DNA of 64,000 nucleotides, taken from assembly GCA_963555815.3 (NCBI GenBank), contig CAUVWX020000002.1, positions 96,001 to 160,000 of the forward strand. Direction: 5' to 3'. A program made the translations under genes and the position numbers. The stretch comes from a bacterium (GTDB lineage: Bacteria; UBA8248; JACPRG01; G963555815). Shown here piece after piece: positions 1 to 8,287 of this stretch (the stretch's first letter is position 1; each line of letters starts with the position of its first letter). Below the pieces are notes generated by a model. It searched no databases and was not told the origin of the DNA. It saw only the letters and a program-made list of their open reading frames with translations.

Positions 1-1
1 C

Positions 2-949
2 AAGCGCGTTTTCGATGAGACGACGGGAAAGATCGCGGCCCTCCTGGTCGCAGGGCGGGGCTATCTGGTGATCTATGGGACTTATCTTGGGGCGGAGGCC
101 CTGGGGCTCCTTTTTGTGACGGCGACGGTCCTTCTCCTCCTCAAACCTTCCAGCTGGGAGGTCGGGCGGCGGTGGGGAGGCCGGGCGTTTCTCATCGGGG
201 CTTTTCTCGGGGTGGCCACCTTGATGCGGCCGGAGTACCAGATCTTTCCTCTGGCGGTCCTTCTCTATTTCCTGGCCCGCCTGACGAAAAGGAAGGTGGC
301 AGTGCCTCTTCTCTTCCTCCTTGGCTTTACGGTGGTTCTCGTCCCATTGGTGGTGAGAAACGGGGCGGTCCATGACCAGTTCGCCCTCAGCGCACCAGCG
401 GTGGTCAAGACCCAATACGCCCTGACGTCCCTGAACCCGCGGGTAGGGATCCCCCAGTCCATCTCCGACTTTGATTTCTTCCGTCGCCTGGGACAGACTT
501 TTGTGGAAAGTCCGGGCTGGACCCTTCGCGCCATTGGGAGCGATGTGGGCTATAACTTCGGCCGGTTCTGGTGGTGGCGGTTTCAGGTTTTTAATCCCGC
601 CTTTGTTTATTTTGAGCGAGAGGTGGGGCTTATGAATCTGATTGGCTTCCTCCTCCAGGGTTTTTTTGTCCTCGGGCTTTGGGCGGGATGGCGGTATCGG
701 CGGCCTCTGGGTCTCCTCCTCCTCATCGTCGGCTATAAGACCCTCTTTCACCTCTTCGTGAGCGGAAATGAGTGGGGACGGGTGACGGCCGAACCCTTCG
801 TCAATCTCATTCAGGCCTTCGGGCTGACAGTGTTCCTCACTTGGTGGTTCTCACTGAGGGGCGGGGCCCATCCCTCATCCCTCAATGGGGTCAATGAGGA
901 ACGTACGGGTGGTGGGGGACGGCCGATTTTTGGAGCTACTGAGACTTGA
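2..949 (+). CDS. GT-C fold/ArnT-like (glycosyltransferase family 39-like) membrane protein, 5'-truncated by window edge
   Basis: Frame is open from base 2; multiple hydrophobic segments; 'GVATLMRPE' and 'PLVVRN' motifs typical of ArnT/PMT_2-like proteins. Confidence 0.65.
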   Translation, partial: KRVFDETTGKIAALLVAGRGYLVIYGTYLGAEALGLLFVTATVLLLLKPSSWEVGRRWGGRAFLIGAFLGVATLMRPEYQIFPLAVLLYFLARLTKRKVAVPLLFLLGFTVVLVPLVVRNGAVHDQFALSAPAVVKTQYALTSLNPRVGIPQSISDFDFFRRLGQTFVESPGWTLRAIGSDVGYNFGRFWWWRFQVFNPAFVYFEREVGLMNLIGFLLQGFFVLGLWAGWRYRRPLGLLLLIVGYKTLFHLFVSGNEWGRVTAEPFVNLIQAFGLTVFLTWWFSLRGGAHPSSLNGVNEERTGGGGRPIFGATET

Positions 950-3027
950 TGGGGTCCTTAGAAGGCATCGAAAGGAGAGGATCCTATCGGGGCCTCCCGT
1001 GGTCGGCTTTCCTCATCGCCCTCGGGGTGTCTTTCGTCTTTATCCTCTGGCGTCCGCTCCCTGTCTCTCCCGATTTTGAATCCTATGACAATCTTGCCTG
1101 GCATCTGGTCCAGGGAGAAGGGTTCACGCAGGGGGGAGACCCACGGGGATATCCCGAGCTCTTCCGAACGCCTGGCTATCCTTGGTTTCTTGCCCCCTTT
1201 TATTGGACTTTTGGTCGCAGCTATCTGCCAGTTTACTTTGCCCAGGCGATCCTCCTTGGGCTGACCGCCCTCCTCATCTTTTCTTTGGTCCGACGCTCAT
1301 TGGGGGAGGGTGTGGCACGCCTTTCTTCCTACGTTGTGGCCCTCTATCCCCTTTCGGCCCTCTATGTCCCGACCATTCTGGCCGAGGTGCTTTCGATATT
1401 CGCCGTCGCCCTCTCCATCTGGATGTTCCTCTGGACCTTGGACAAAACCACCGTCTGGAGGGCGAGCTTGACGGGAGCGGTCATGGCGTACAGCGCCCTG
1501 GTCCGTCCGTCCTTCCTGCTCCTCGCCCTCGCCTGCTTTCTGGCAGCGGTTCTGGCCCAATATCCCTGGCGAAAACTTCTCAAACCCTTCTTGGTCCTCC
1601 ATCTCTCATTGGTCATCGTCCTGGGGTCCTGGGCGGTCCGAAACCTCCGGGTTTCGGGCGAGTTCATTCCCCTGAGCATTCAGGCCCCTTTGCAACTCTG
1701 GCTGGCCACTTTCAACTATGGCCCTTACACCGACCAGTTCTGGAAAAACCCTGAATATTTCTCCCAGCAGTTCTCTCTCGCCAGTCACCTCCCCCACGTC
1801 TTTGACCGGGAGGACAGGGCCTATCCTGTGGAGATCCGGCTTGAGGGCGCCGAGGCCCTGCGACCTGTGAAATTGCACTACCGCCTGGATGGCGAAGGTC
1901 CCTTCCTTGAGGTGGGTATGAGGGAAGCGGAGGACGGGCGATTCGTGGCCGAGATCCCGCCTCAGCCCTTTGGTACCAGGGTCCAGTACTACTTCAGCCT
2001 GCGAGACCTATTTCAGCCCGAGGCGCGTCTGCGCCATCCAAACCCGAAGGCCCGGGCGTTTTTTTTCTACCGGGTCCTCGAGGATGTCCTGGCGGACCCC
2101 GGACCGGAGCTGGTGGATATTCATGACGTAATCCAGTTGGGCTCAACACTTCAGGCCCCAGATCAACATCCCCTCTCTCTCCTTCACGACATTGATCGGG
2201 ACGGACGCCTGTCGGAAGCAGATCTGGAGAAGCTCTTAAAGAGATTGGGGGGCAATATGGCGCCCGCCTATCAGTTCCACCGAGAGAAGGGAGGGGGCTC
2301 TCTTCAGCTGAAGTTTGAAGATGGTTCCCAACTCGATCTCCCCCTGGCCGGGGGTCCTCACAAGGTCAACCTGTCTCGCCTGGTCCGAAGCCCTCTTATG
2401 GGTTCGGCCGGGAGGTTTGTGACCGTGGCAATACCAAGGAGGCAACCCGCCGAGGGGCTCGTCTGGCGCAAGCCAGGGGAGAACCGATTGTTCTCTTGTT
2501 CTTTCAGACGGGGCTCTCTCTCCCCCTCCCAGACGGGGGCCGGGGTGAGCGACCACCCGTTCCCCTGCTTCTGGAAAGCGGGAGGGGAGGACATCCCGGC
2601 CCAACTCATGGAGTTCAGGGCCTATCGCTCTCTCGCGCGAGACAACTTCCTGAGGGCCCCCATGACTTACTTTGGGGGGAGTCTTCTCCGGATGCCCCGG
2701 ATCTGGGTCACGGTGGGGACGACGACACCGGGACAGACCTATCTCGTACGGGGGGCGGCCTGGCTATTTCCCGCCCTCGCCGTGAGCACCCTGGGCCTCT
2801 TCGTCTTGGCGGTCATTGGCTATTGGACGGTTCGGGCGAGATGGCGCGCCCATTGGTATATCTTCGTCCCCATCCTGTACATCTCTCTTGTCCACGCCCC
2901 CTTCCACCCGGAGGCCCGCTATTCCCTTCCGGGACGGGCCTTTCTCCTGGTCTATGTGGCTGTGGCCCTGGCGGGTATTTGGCAATGGTGGAAGGGGGGA
3001 CAAGAGCAGACTACTTCCGACCCCTGA
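946..3027 (+). CDS. GT-C fold/ArnT-like membrane glycosyltransferase with a large inserted soluble domain
   Basis: D-x-x-x-Y-x-x-LA, RTPGYP, 'ILAE', 'ALVRP', 'WAVRN' and C-terminal 'EARYSLP' motifs; about 270-aa soluble insert. Confidence 0.75.
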   Translation: MMGSLEGIERRGSYRGLPWSAFLIALGVSFVFILWRPLPVSPDFESYDNLAWHLVQGEGFTQGGDPRGYPELFRTPGYPWFLAPFYWTFGRSYLPVYFAQAILLGLTALLIFSLVRRSLGEGVARLSSYVVALYPLSALYVPTILAEVLSIFAVALSIWMFLWTLDKTTVWRASLTGAVMAYSALVRPSFLLLALACFLAAVLAQYPWRKLLKPFLVLHLSLVIVLGSWAVRNLRVSGEFIPLSIQAPLQLWLATFNYGPYTDQFWKNPEYFSQQFSLASHLPHVFDREDRAYPVEIRLEGAEALRPVKLHYRLDGEGPFLEVGMREAEDGRFVAEIPPQPFGTRVQYYFSLRDLFQPEARLRHPNPKARAFFFYRVLEDVLADPGPELVDIHDVIQLGSTLQAPDQHPLSLLHDIDRDGRLSEADLEKLLKRLGGNMAPAYQFHREKGGGSLQLKFEDGSQLDLPLAGGPHKVNLSRLVRSPLMGSAGRFVTVAIPRRQPAEGLVWRKPGENRLFSCSFRRGSLSPSQTGAGVSDHPFPCFWKAGGEDIPAQLMEFRAYRSLARDNFLRAPMTYFGGSLLRMPRIWVTVGTTTPGQTYLVRGAAWLFPALAVSTLGLFVLAVIGYWTVRARWRAHWYIFVPILYISLVHAPFHPEARYSLPGRAFLLVYVAVALAGIWQWWKGGQEQTTSDP

Positions 3028-3092
3028 AAGGGGTCTGACACGTCTTGCGCTACGCCAGCGACGGAAGAAGACCGGATTGCCCTGGCGCTGTG

Positions 3093-4262
3093 TTATTCCA
3101 TCTGTGGGACAGGGACGGCCTTTCGGCCGCGGCGGTTTCCATCTTTCTGGATGGCGGCGTTTAAGCGGGAGATGGAGACGCCTTCGCTCACGTACTTCTC
3201 CAGGCAGTGCAGGGCCTCTTCGTCCGGCATCTGGACCGGAGGGTGCTTCATGGTGTAGGCGGAGACGGGCAAGAGGGCCCCTGCCTCCCCCCGCTCCCGG
3301 GCCAGGCGGCAGTAGCGAATGGCATCGATGATGACACCGGCACTGTTCGGGGAATCCTCCACCGAGAGCCTCAGCTCCAGGTTGATGGACACCCCTCCAA
3401 ACCCCTGGCCTTCAATCCTCAGGAAGCAGAGCTTGTTGTCCTTCTGCCAAGGGACGTAATCGCTCGGGCCGATGTGGATATTCTCGGGGGCAAAGGGGAT
3501 TTCAAGCTGGGACTGGACAGCCTCGGTCTTAGAAACCCGCTTGGAGAGGAGGCGGTCCTGGTTCAGCATGTTCAGGAAATCTGTGTTCCCGCCCGTATTG
3601 AGCTGATAGGTCCGCTCGAGCTCAATCCCCCGGTCCCTGCAGAGCTTAACGAGGGTCCGGTGGAGGATGGTTGCCCCCAGCTGCGACTTCACGTCGTCGC
3701 CCACGATGGGGATCCCCCGCTCCCGGAAGCGGGTTTCCCAGGCGGGGTCCGACGCGATGAAGACCGGTATGCAGTTGATGAGGCTGACGCCCACCTCGAG
3801 ACAGGCCTCGGCGTAATGGCGGGTTCCCTCCTCAGTGCCGACTGGCAAGTAGTTCAGTAGTATCTCAGCCCCACTTTTATCGAGAACCGCCGCCACGTCC
3901 ATCGGCTCTTTTTCGGCGACCAAGAACGTCCTCTCCAGGGGGTGGTCCTTCATGTGAGGCGAGACCCCGTCCAAGACAGGGCCCATGGAGACCGTCACGC
4001 CATAATTGGGCAAGTCTTCGACAAGGGTCATGGTGCAATTGGGAGGGGCGAAGGCAGCCTCATGGAGGGGTTTCCCAACCTTGCGGGCGTCCACGTCAAA
4101 GGCGGCCACCACCTGGATGTCGCAAGGCCGGTAGCCCGCTAGACGGTAGTGCATCAGGCCAATCGCCGTTTTCTCCGGCGTCTGTCGATAGTGTTCGATC
4201 CCCTGGAGGAGCGAGCTGGCGCAGTTGCCAATTCCGGTGATGGCGATTTTAATCGGGTCCAT
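3093..4262 (-). CDS. ino1: myo-inositol-1-phosphate synthase
   Basis: GIGNCASSL, LNYLPVG, GDDVKSQLGAT, GGNTDFLN, SKTEAV, EDSPNSAG motifs; start placed at ATG 4262 (MDPIKIAI). Confidence 0.95.
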   Translation of the reverse strand: MDPIKIAITGIGNCASSLLQGIEHYRQTPEKTAIGLMHYRLAGYRPCDIQVVAAFDVDARKVGKPLHEAAFAPPNCTMTLVEDLPNYGVTVSMGPVLDGVSPHMKDHPLERTFLVAEKEPMDVAAVLDKSGAEILLNYLPVGTEEGTRHYAEACLEVGVSLINCIPVFIASDPAWETRFRERGIPIVGDDVKSQLGATILHRTLVKLCRDRGIELERTYQLNTGGNTDFLNMLNQDRLLSKRVSKTEAVQSQLEIPFAPENIHIGPSDYVPWQKDNKLCFLRIEGQGFGGVSINLELRLSVEDSPNSAGVIIDAIRYCRLARERGEAGALLPVSAYTMKHPPVQMPDEEALHCLEKYVSEGVSISRLNAAIQKDGNRRGRKAVPVPQME

Positions 4263-4269
4263 AGTGCTT

Positions 4270-4728
4270 TTACCTCGCCCTGCTTGAACGAGAGGTTGCA
4301 AGGCTTCTGCCGGCCTCCTCTGTCGGTGTCAAAGCCGAAAAAACCCTGGTGAGCGGGCTGCTTACGAAACCGCTCCATGTTTGGCCGGGGAAGAAAGAAG
4401 GTTTTTCAGGCAGACCATTTCCCTTGAGGAAACGGGGCGGGGAATCATCTTGTCTGAAAAGTAGGAATCTAGAAGAAGATAAGGAGGGATGAACAGGTCT
4501 ATCTGGGGGGAGGGGACACTCCTGCTGCCCCGCTATTCGATAGTTGCTTTTTGCCAGGCGGACCCGGTTTAAGAAATGCCGCTGCCAGACCCACGGGGAT
4601 CGGCGGACTCGGGGGTTGTCCCGGGCAGGGGCGGAGGGTGAACCGTCAGAGCGAAATTTTTCTCTCGTCAAACCTTCGGACCTCACCGTCCACCTCAACA
4701 GGGAACTCTCAGAGGGATTCCCCTTCAC
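4270..4728 (-). CDS. 152-codon ORF in the ino1 leader carrying a 39-aa copy of the radical SAM N-terminal region; coding status uncertain
   Basis: GTG start just downstream of a putative promoter; stops 7 nt before the ino1 ATG; contains RSDGSPSAPARDNPRVRRSPWVWQRHFLNRVRLAKSNYR; the remainder has no recognisable homology. Confidence 0.3.
   Translation of the reverse strand: MKGNPSESSLLRWTVRSEGLTREKFRSDGSPSAPARDNPRVRRSPWVWQRHFLNRVRLAKSNYRIAGQQECPLPPDRPVHPSLSSSRFLLFRQDDSPPRFLKGNGLPEKPSFFPGQTWSGFVSSPLTRVFSALTPTEEAGRSLATSRSSRAR
4537..4653 (-). repeat. Dispersed inverted repeat, copy A (partner 49437-49553)
   Basis: Hand alignment: 93/117 nt identical, no gaps, 34/39 aa identical. Confidence 0.95.
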
Positions 4729-4738
4729 GGAAACGCCT

Positions 4739-4768
4739 ATTCAAGCCGAATCTCCCGGTCTCTGTCAA
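4739..4768 (-). promoter_or_regulatory. Putative sigma70 promoter reading toward ino1, overlapped by direct repeats
   Basis: TTGACA (4768-4763), 18 nt, TTGAAT (4744-4739); TCAAGCCG direct repeats at 4741 and 4765. Confidence 0.4.
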
Positions 4769-4791
4769 GCCGGAATTCTCCCCATTTCCCC

Positions 4792-5127
4792 TCAAGCTCC
4801 CCCCAGGAGGGAGTCGAGCTCGCCCGAATCCTCCAGGCGCAAGAGATCGGGTAAGCCCCCGATAGCACGGCCGTCGATGAGGATCTGAGGGACGGTCCTC
4901 CCCTTTGTCAGGTCTCTCATCTCATCCCAATCCGGGGTCCCTCCGAAGACCATCTTCTCCTCAAACTTGACCCCCTTTTTCTTGAGGAACTGTTTGGCCA
5001 TTACACAATAGCTACAAGGGTTTGTGGAGTAGACAATCACCTTCGCCGTCCATCCCCCCCCTTTCCCTTCTGGGGAGCGGGAGTGACCACCCTTGCGCCC
5101 AAGAACCATTCGAAGAAATGTGAACAT
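4792..5127 (-). CDS. grxC: Dithiol glutaredoxin (GrxC-like); start uncertain (ATG 5127 or GTG 5040)
   Basis: CSYC active site, TVPQI, GG motif. Confidence 0.85.
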   Translation of the reverse strand: MFTFLRMVLGRKGGHSRSPEGKGGGWTAKVIVYSTNPCSYCVMAKQFLKKKGVKFEEKMVFGGTPDWDEMRDLTKGRTVPQILIDGRAIGGLPDLLRLEDSGELDSLLGGA

Positions 5128-5348
5128 GCTGGTCAACAAGTTTAATCGTCTCCCCTTCACTTTGGGGCGCGAGTCATCTTGCCCCCGCGGCCCAGGACCG
5201 TCGGTAGAAATACTAATCAGACTGATTACAAATCTAACCGCCTCGACCCGTCTCGTCAATATCGTTGCCGGTGGGGCCTCGGTCCCTTTGTGGGCGACCC
5301 TGAGGAGCTCAAAACCCCTGTGGGAGGTCTGGTGGGGCGGTCTTGAGC

Positions 5349-5377
5349 TTGACATCCCGCTTGAGGCCCAATACCCT
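5349..5377 (+). promoter_or_regulatory. Putative sigma70 promoter of the trp operon
   Basis: TTGACA, 17 nt, TACCCT upstream of the leader peptide. Confidence 0.55.
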
Positions 5378-5411
5378 TGGGCAAGAATGAAGGAGTATCA
5401 GGAGGATGGTC

Positions 5412-5480
5412 GTGAAGTTTGTTTTTTGTTTAAACCTCTGGTGGGGGCTTGCCAAGGGGAGGGCTGCGGCCAGGGCCTGA
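5412..5480 (+). CDS. trpL: trp operon leader peptide MKFVFCLNLWWGLAKGRAAARA (alternative in-frame ATG at 5406)
   Basis: GGAGG RBS at 5401-5405; tandem TGG TGG at 5439-5444; followed by a terminator upstream of trpE. Confidence 0.85.
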   Translation: MKFVFCLNLWWGLAKGRAAARA

Positions 5481-5498
5481 GGACAACAGGAGGTTAGG

Positions 5499-5543
5499 GG
5501 CCGCGCTCCCACCTGGAAAGGGGGCCGCGGCCTTTTTGTTTTT
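5499..5543 (+). terminator. trp attenuator terminator
   Basis: GGCCGCG...CGCGGCC stem followed by TTTTTGTTTTT; GCGGCC at 5466-5471 can pair with the 5' arm as antiterminator. Confidence 0.85.
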
Positions 5544-5609
5544 CAGCGAAATCGGAGGAGTTGGGTCACGCGGGAGAGGGGGTTTCACCTGCTGTGATTC
5601 CGTCAGGAC

Positions 5610-7127
5610 ATGTACCGACCTTCTTTTGAAGAATTCAAGGTCTTGGCTGGCCAGGGCAATCTTATCCCGGTCTACCGGGAGGTTTTGGCTGATCTGGAGA
5701 CACCGGTCTCGGCCTTCCTGAAGGTGGGGGGCGGGGATTATGCCTTTCTCCTCGAGAGCGTGGAGGGGGGCGAGAAATGGGCCCGCTACTGTTTCCTGGG
5801 GGCAGAGCCTTCCCTTGTGTTTCGAAGCAAGGGAAGACACATCACGATCGAGGGTGAAGGGAAACGAGAGGAGAGGGAGGGAGACCCCCTCGAGGTCTTG
5901 AAGGAGCTCCTCGGGGCCTACCGCCCTGTCCAGGTGGAGGGCCTCCCTCGCTTTTACGGCGGGGCCGTCGGCTACATGGGCTACGACATGGTCCGTTTCT
6001 TTGAGCGCCTGCCCGAGCGGACGGAGGATGACCTCAACCTTCCTGACTCCCTCTTCCTTCTGACCGACACCTTACTCATCTTCGACCACGTGTCGCAGAA
6101 GATTAAAGTGGTCGCCAATGCAAAGCTGGAAGGGGTGGATGTGGGCGCCGCCTACGGAGAGGCCATCGCGAAGATTGAGGCCCTGGTCGAAAAGCTCCAA
6201 GGGGGGTTGCCCGCTCCCGCGTCAACGGGGGACCACGCTGGGACAGAGTCCCCTGCCGCCTTGACCGTGACCTCGAACTTCACTGGTAAGGGGTTTGAGA
6301 AGGCCGTCACCAGGGTCAAAGAATTTATCCGGACGGGTGAGGCTATCCAGGTGGTCCTCGCTCAACGCCTCGAGGTCCCCCTCGCGTCCTCCCCCTTCGA
6401 CGTCTACCGAGCCCTTCGGATCATCAACCCCTCGCCCTACATGTTTTACCTGAAGCTCAAAGACCTCCAGCTGGTGGGTTCCTCCCCGGAAGTCCTGGTC
6501 CGTCTGGAGGGGGATCGGATCGAGGTCCGGCCCATCGCCGGGACGCGCCCTCGGGGGGCGACGGAAGAGGAGGACCGGGCCCTCGCCGAGGAGCTCCTGC
6601 GCGATGAAAAGGAGCGAGCCGAGCACATCATGCTTGTCGACCTCGGGCGGAACGACATCGGCAGGGTGGCTCGAAAGGGGACCGTAGAGGTCAATGAGCT
6701 CATGATCATCGAGCGCTATTCCCACGTCATGCACATTGTGAGCAACGTCCGTGGGCAGATCGAGGACGGGATGGACGCCTTTGACTTGATGCGGGCGTGC
6801 TTTCCGGCCGGGACGGTCTCGGGGGCCCCCAAGGTGCGGGCCATGGAGATTATCGAGGAACTGGAGCCTACGCGTCGGGGGCCCTATGCCGGGGCCGTCG
6901 GCTATTTTGGCTACTCCGGCAACATGGATACTTGCATCGCGATTCGCACCCTTGTCCTGACCGGCGGTCGGGCCTATCTGGGGGTGGGGGCCGGGGTGGT
7001 GGCCGACTCTGTGCCGGAGCGGGAGTACCAGGAGACGCTGAACAAGGCCCGGGCCCTCCTTCGAGCCATGGAGTTTGCCCAAGGGGGCTTGGAACAGAGA
7101 AGCGGGCGAGAACGTGAAAAAGAGTGA
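5610..7127 (+). CDS. trpE: Anthranilate synthase component I
   Basis: LLES, NPSPYMF, PIAGT, AEHIMLVDLGRND, PAGTVSGAPK. Confidence 0.96.
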   Translation: MYRPSFEEFKVLAGQGNLIPVYREVLADLETPVSAFLKVGGGDYAFLLESVEGGEKWARYCFLGAEPSLVFRSKGRHITIEGEGKREEREGDPLEVLKELLGAYRPVQVEGLPRFYGGAVGYMGYDMVRFFERLPERTEDDLNLPDSLFLLTDTLLIFDHVSQKIKVVANAKLEGVDVGAAYGEAIAKIEALVEKLQGGLPAPASTGDHAGTESPAALTVTSNFTGKGFEKAVTRVKEFIRTGEAIQVVLAQRLEVPLASSPFDVYRALRIINPSPYMFYLKLKDLQLVGSSPEVLVRLEGDRIEVRPIAGTRPRGATEEEDRALAEELLRDEKERAEHIMLVDLGRNDIGRVARKGTVEVNELMIIERYSHVMHIVSNVRGQIEDGMDAFDLMRACFPAGTVSGAPKVRAMEIIEELEPTRRGPYAGAVGYFGYSGNMDTCIAIRTLVLTGGRAYLGVGAGVVADSVPEREYQETLNKARALLRAMEFAQGGLEQRSGREREKE

Positions 7128-7133
7128 GATGCC

Positions 7134-7709
7134 ATGATTCTCATGATCGACAACTACGACTCCTTCACCTACAACTTGGTCCAGTATCTGGCCGAGCTAG
7201 GGGCGCAGGTCGAGGTCCGCCGAAATGACGCCATCGGCCTGGACGAGGTGGTGCAGCTGAACCCCGAACTGATTGTGATCTCCCCCGGTCCGGGGAGGCC
7301 TGAGGGGGCGGGGGTGACGGTCGAGCTTGTTCGAAGATTCGCGGGGAAGATCCCCATTTTCGGCGTCTGCCTCGGACACCAGGCCATTGCGTTTGCCCTG
7401 GGAGGCCGGATTGTCCAGGCGAACCGCATCACGCACGGAAAGACCTCGCCCATCCATCACGACGGAGGCGGGATCTTCCAGAGACTTCCCAGCCCCTTTG
7501 AGGCGACGCGCTACCACTCTCTTCTCGTCGAGCGACAGGGTTTTCCGGAGACACTCGAGGTGTCAGCTGAGACCCAGGAGGGTGAGGTGATGGGTCTTCG
7601 GGGAAGGGGGATGCCCCTTGAGGGAGTCCAGTTCCATCCCGAGTCTATTCTCACCCGGGAGGGGAAGGCCCTCCTTCAAAATGTCCTCATGATGGCCCGA
7701 AAATCCTAA
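7134..7709 (+). CDS. trpG: Anthranilate synthase component II (glutamine amidotransferase)
   Basis: IDNYDSFTYN, SPGPG, GVCLGHQ, QFHPES. Confidence 0.95.
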   Translation: MILMIDNYDSFTYNLVQYLAELGAQVEVRRNDAIGLDEVVQLNPELIVISPGPGRPEGAGVTVELVRRFAGKIPIFGVCLGHQAIAFALGGRIVQANRITHGKTSPIHHDGGGIFQRLPSPFEATRYHSLLVERQGFPETLEVSAETQEGEVMGLRGRGMPLEGVQFHPESILTREGKALLQNVLMMARKS

Positions 7710-7845
7710 GGGTTTCTGGCCCTGGGAGGGAAATCTTGCCTGTCAGGGAAAAACCTGATTTCGGACGGCACTCAACTCTAGAACGACTGTTTCTTGGCCT
7801 GAACAGCTCATCCGGGCGGCGTGCGGCTGAAAACCGGAAAGCGGA

Positions 7846-8127
7846 TCAACCCTTCATCGACCTCCTAGACGCCTTGACAGGGTTCAACTTGCTGTCCACG
7901 GTGCTCTTGGCCTTGTCGAGGTGGGTGGCGAAGGAACAATCCCCCAAGGCCCATCTGGACGCCGGCTCTGCATAGATGGCGCAATACTCGCCCGTTGGAA
8001 AGTTCCGGATGTAATCACAGCCGGCGCACTGCTCGACAACGGGATGACACTCCCCCTCGTCGAAGGAGCACCCCTCGCGGGTCATAAAGACGCAGTCTGT
8101 CCCTTTTCGAACGGTGACACATTCCAT
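7846..8127 (-). CDS. PxxKW family cysteine-rich small protein
   Basis: 8 Cys, PASRW...C.FATH, C-terminal KLNPVKASRR; RBS GAGGAG. Confidence 0.85.
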   Translation of the reverse strand: MECVTVRKGTDCVFMTREGCSFDEGECHPVVEQCAGCDYIRNFPTGEYCAIYAEPASRWALGDCSFATHLDKAKSTVDSKLNPVKASRRSMKG

Positions 8128-8259
8128 CGGTTTTCAGCTCCTCTTGCGGCGTCCCTTCGGACGGGAGCCGCCCGAAGGTGAAAAAATCGCGCCGGTAAAG
8201 GCCCTCGGCGAGACGCCCTCAAAGGGTGGGACTTTCCCCACGCGGTCAGGATTCACGAA

Positions 8260-8287
8260 AATATACGATGTTTCTTTCAACCGTCAA
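8260..8287 (-). promoter_or_regulatory. Putative sigma70 promoter for the PxxKW gene
   Basis: TTGACG, 16 nt, TATATT on the minus strand. Confidence 0.55.

Noticed and set aside
4537..4653. Diversity-generating retroelement TR/VR pair with 49437-49553
   Set aside because: Only 9 of 24 mismatches are at adenines of the putative template, most are synonymous, the target is an N-terminus, and no reverse transcriptase is in the window
4442..5181. Shared GA(A/G)TCATCTTG motif upstream of ino1 (4442) and grx (5171)
   Set aside because: A non-palindromic 10/11 match; compatible with chance
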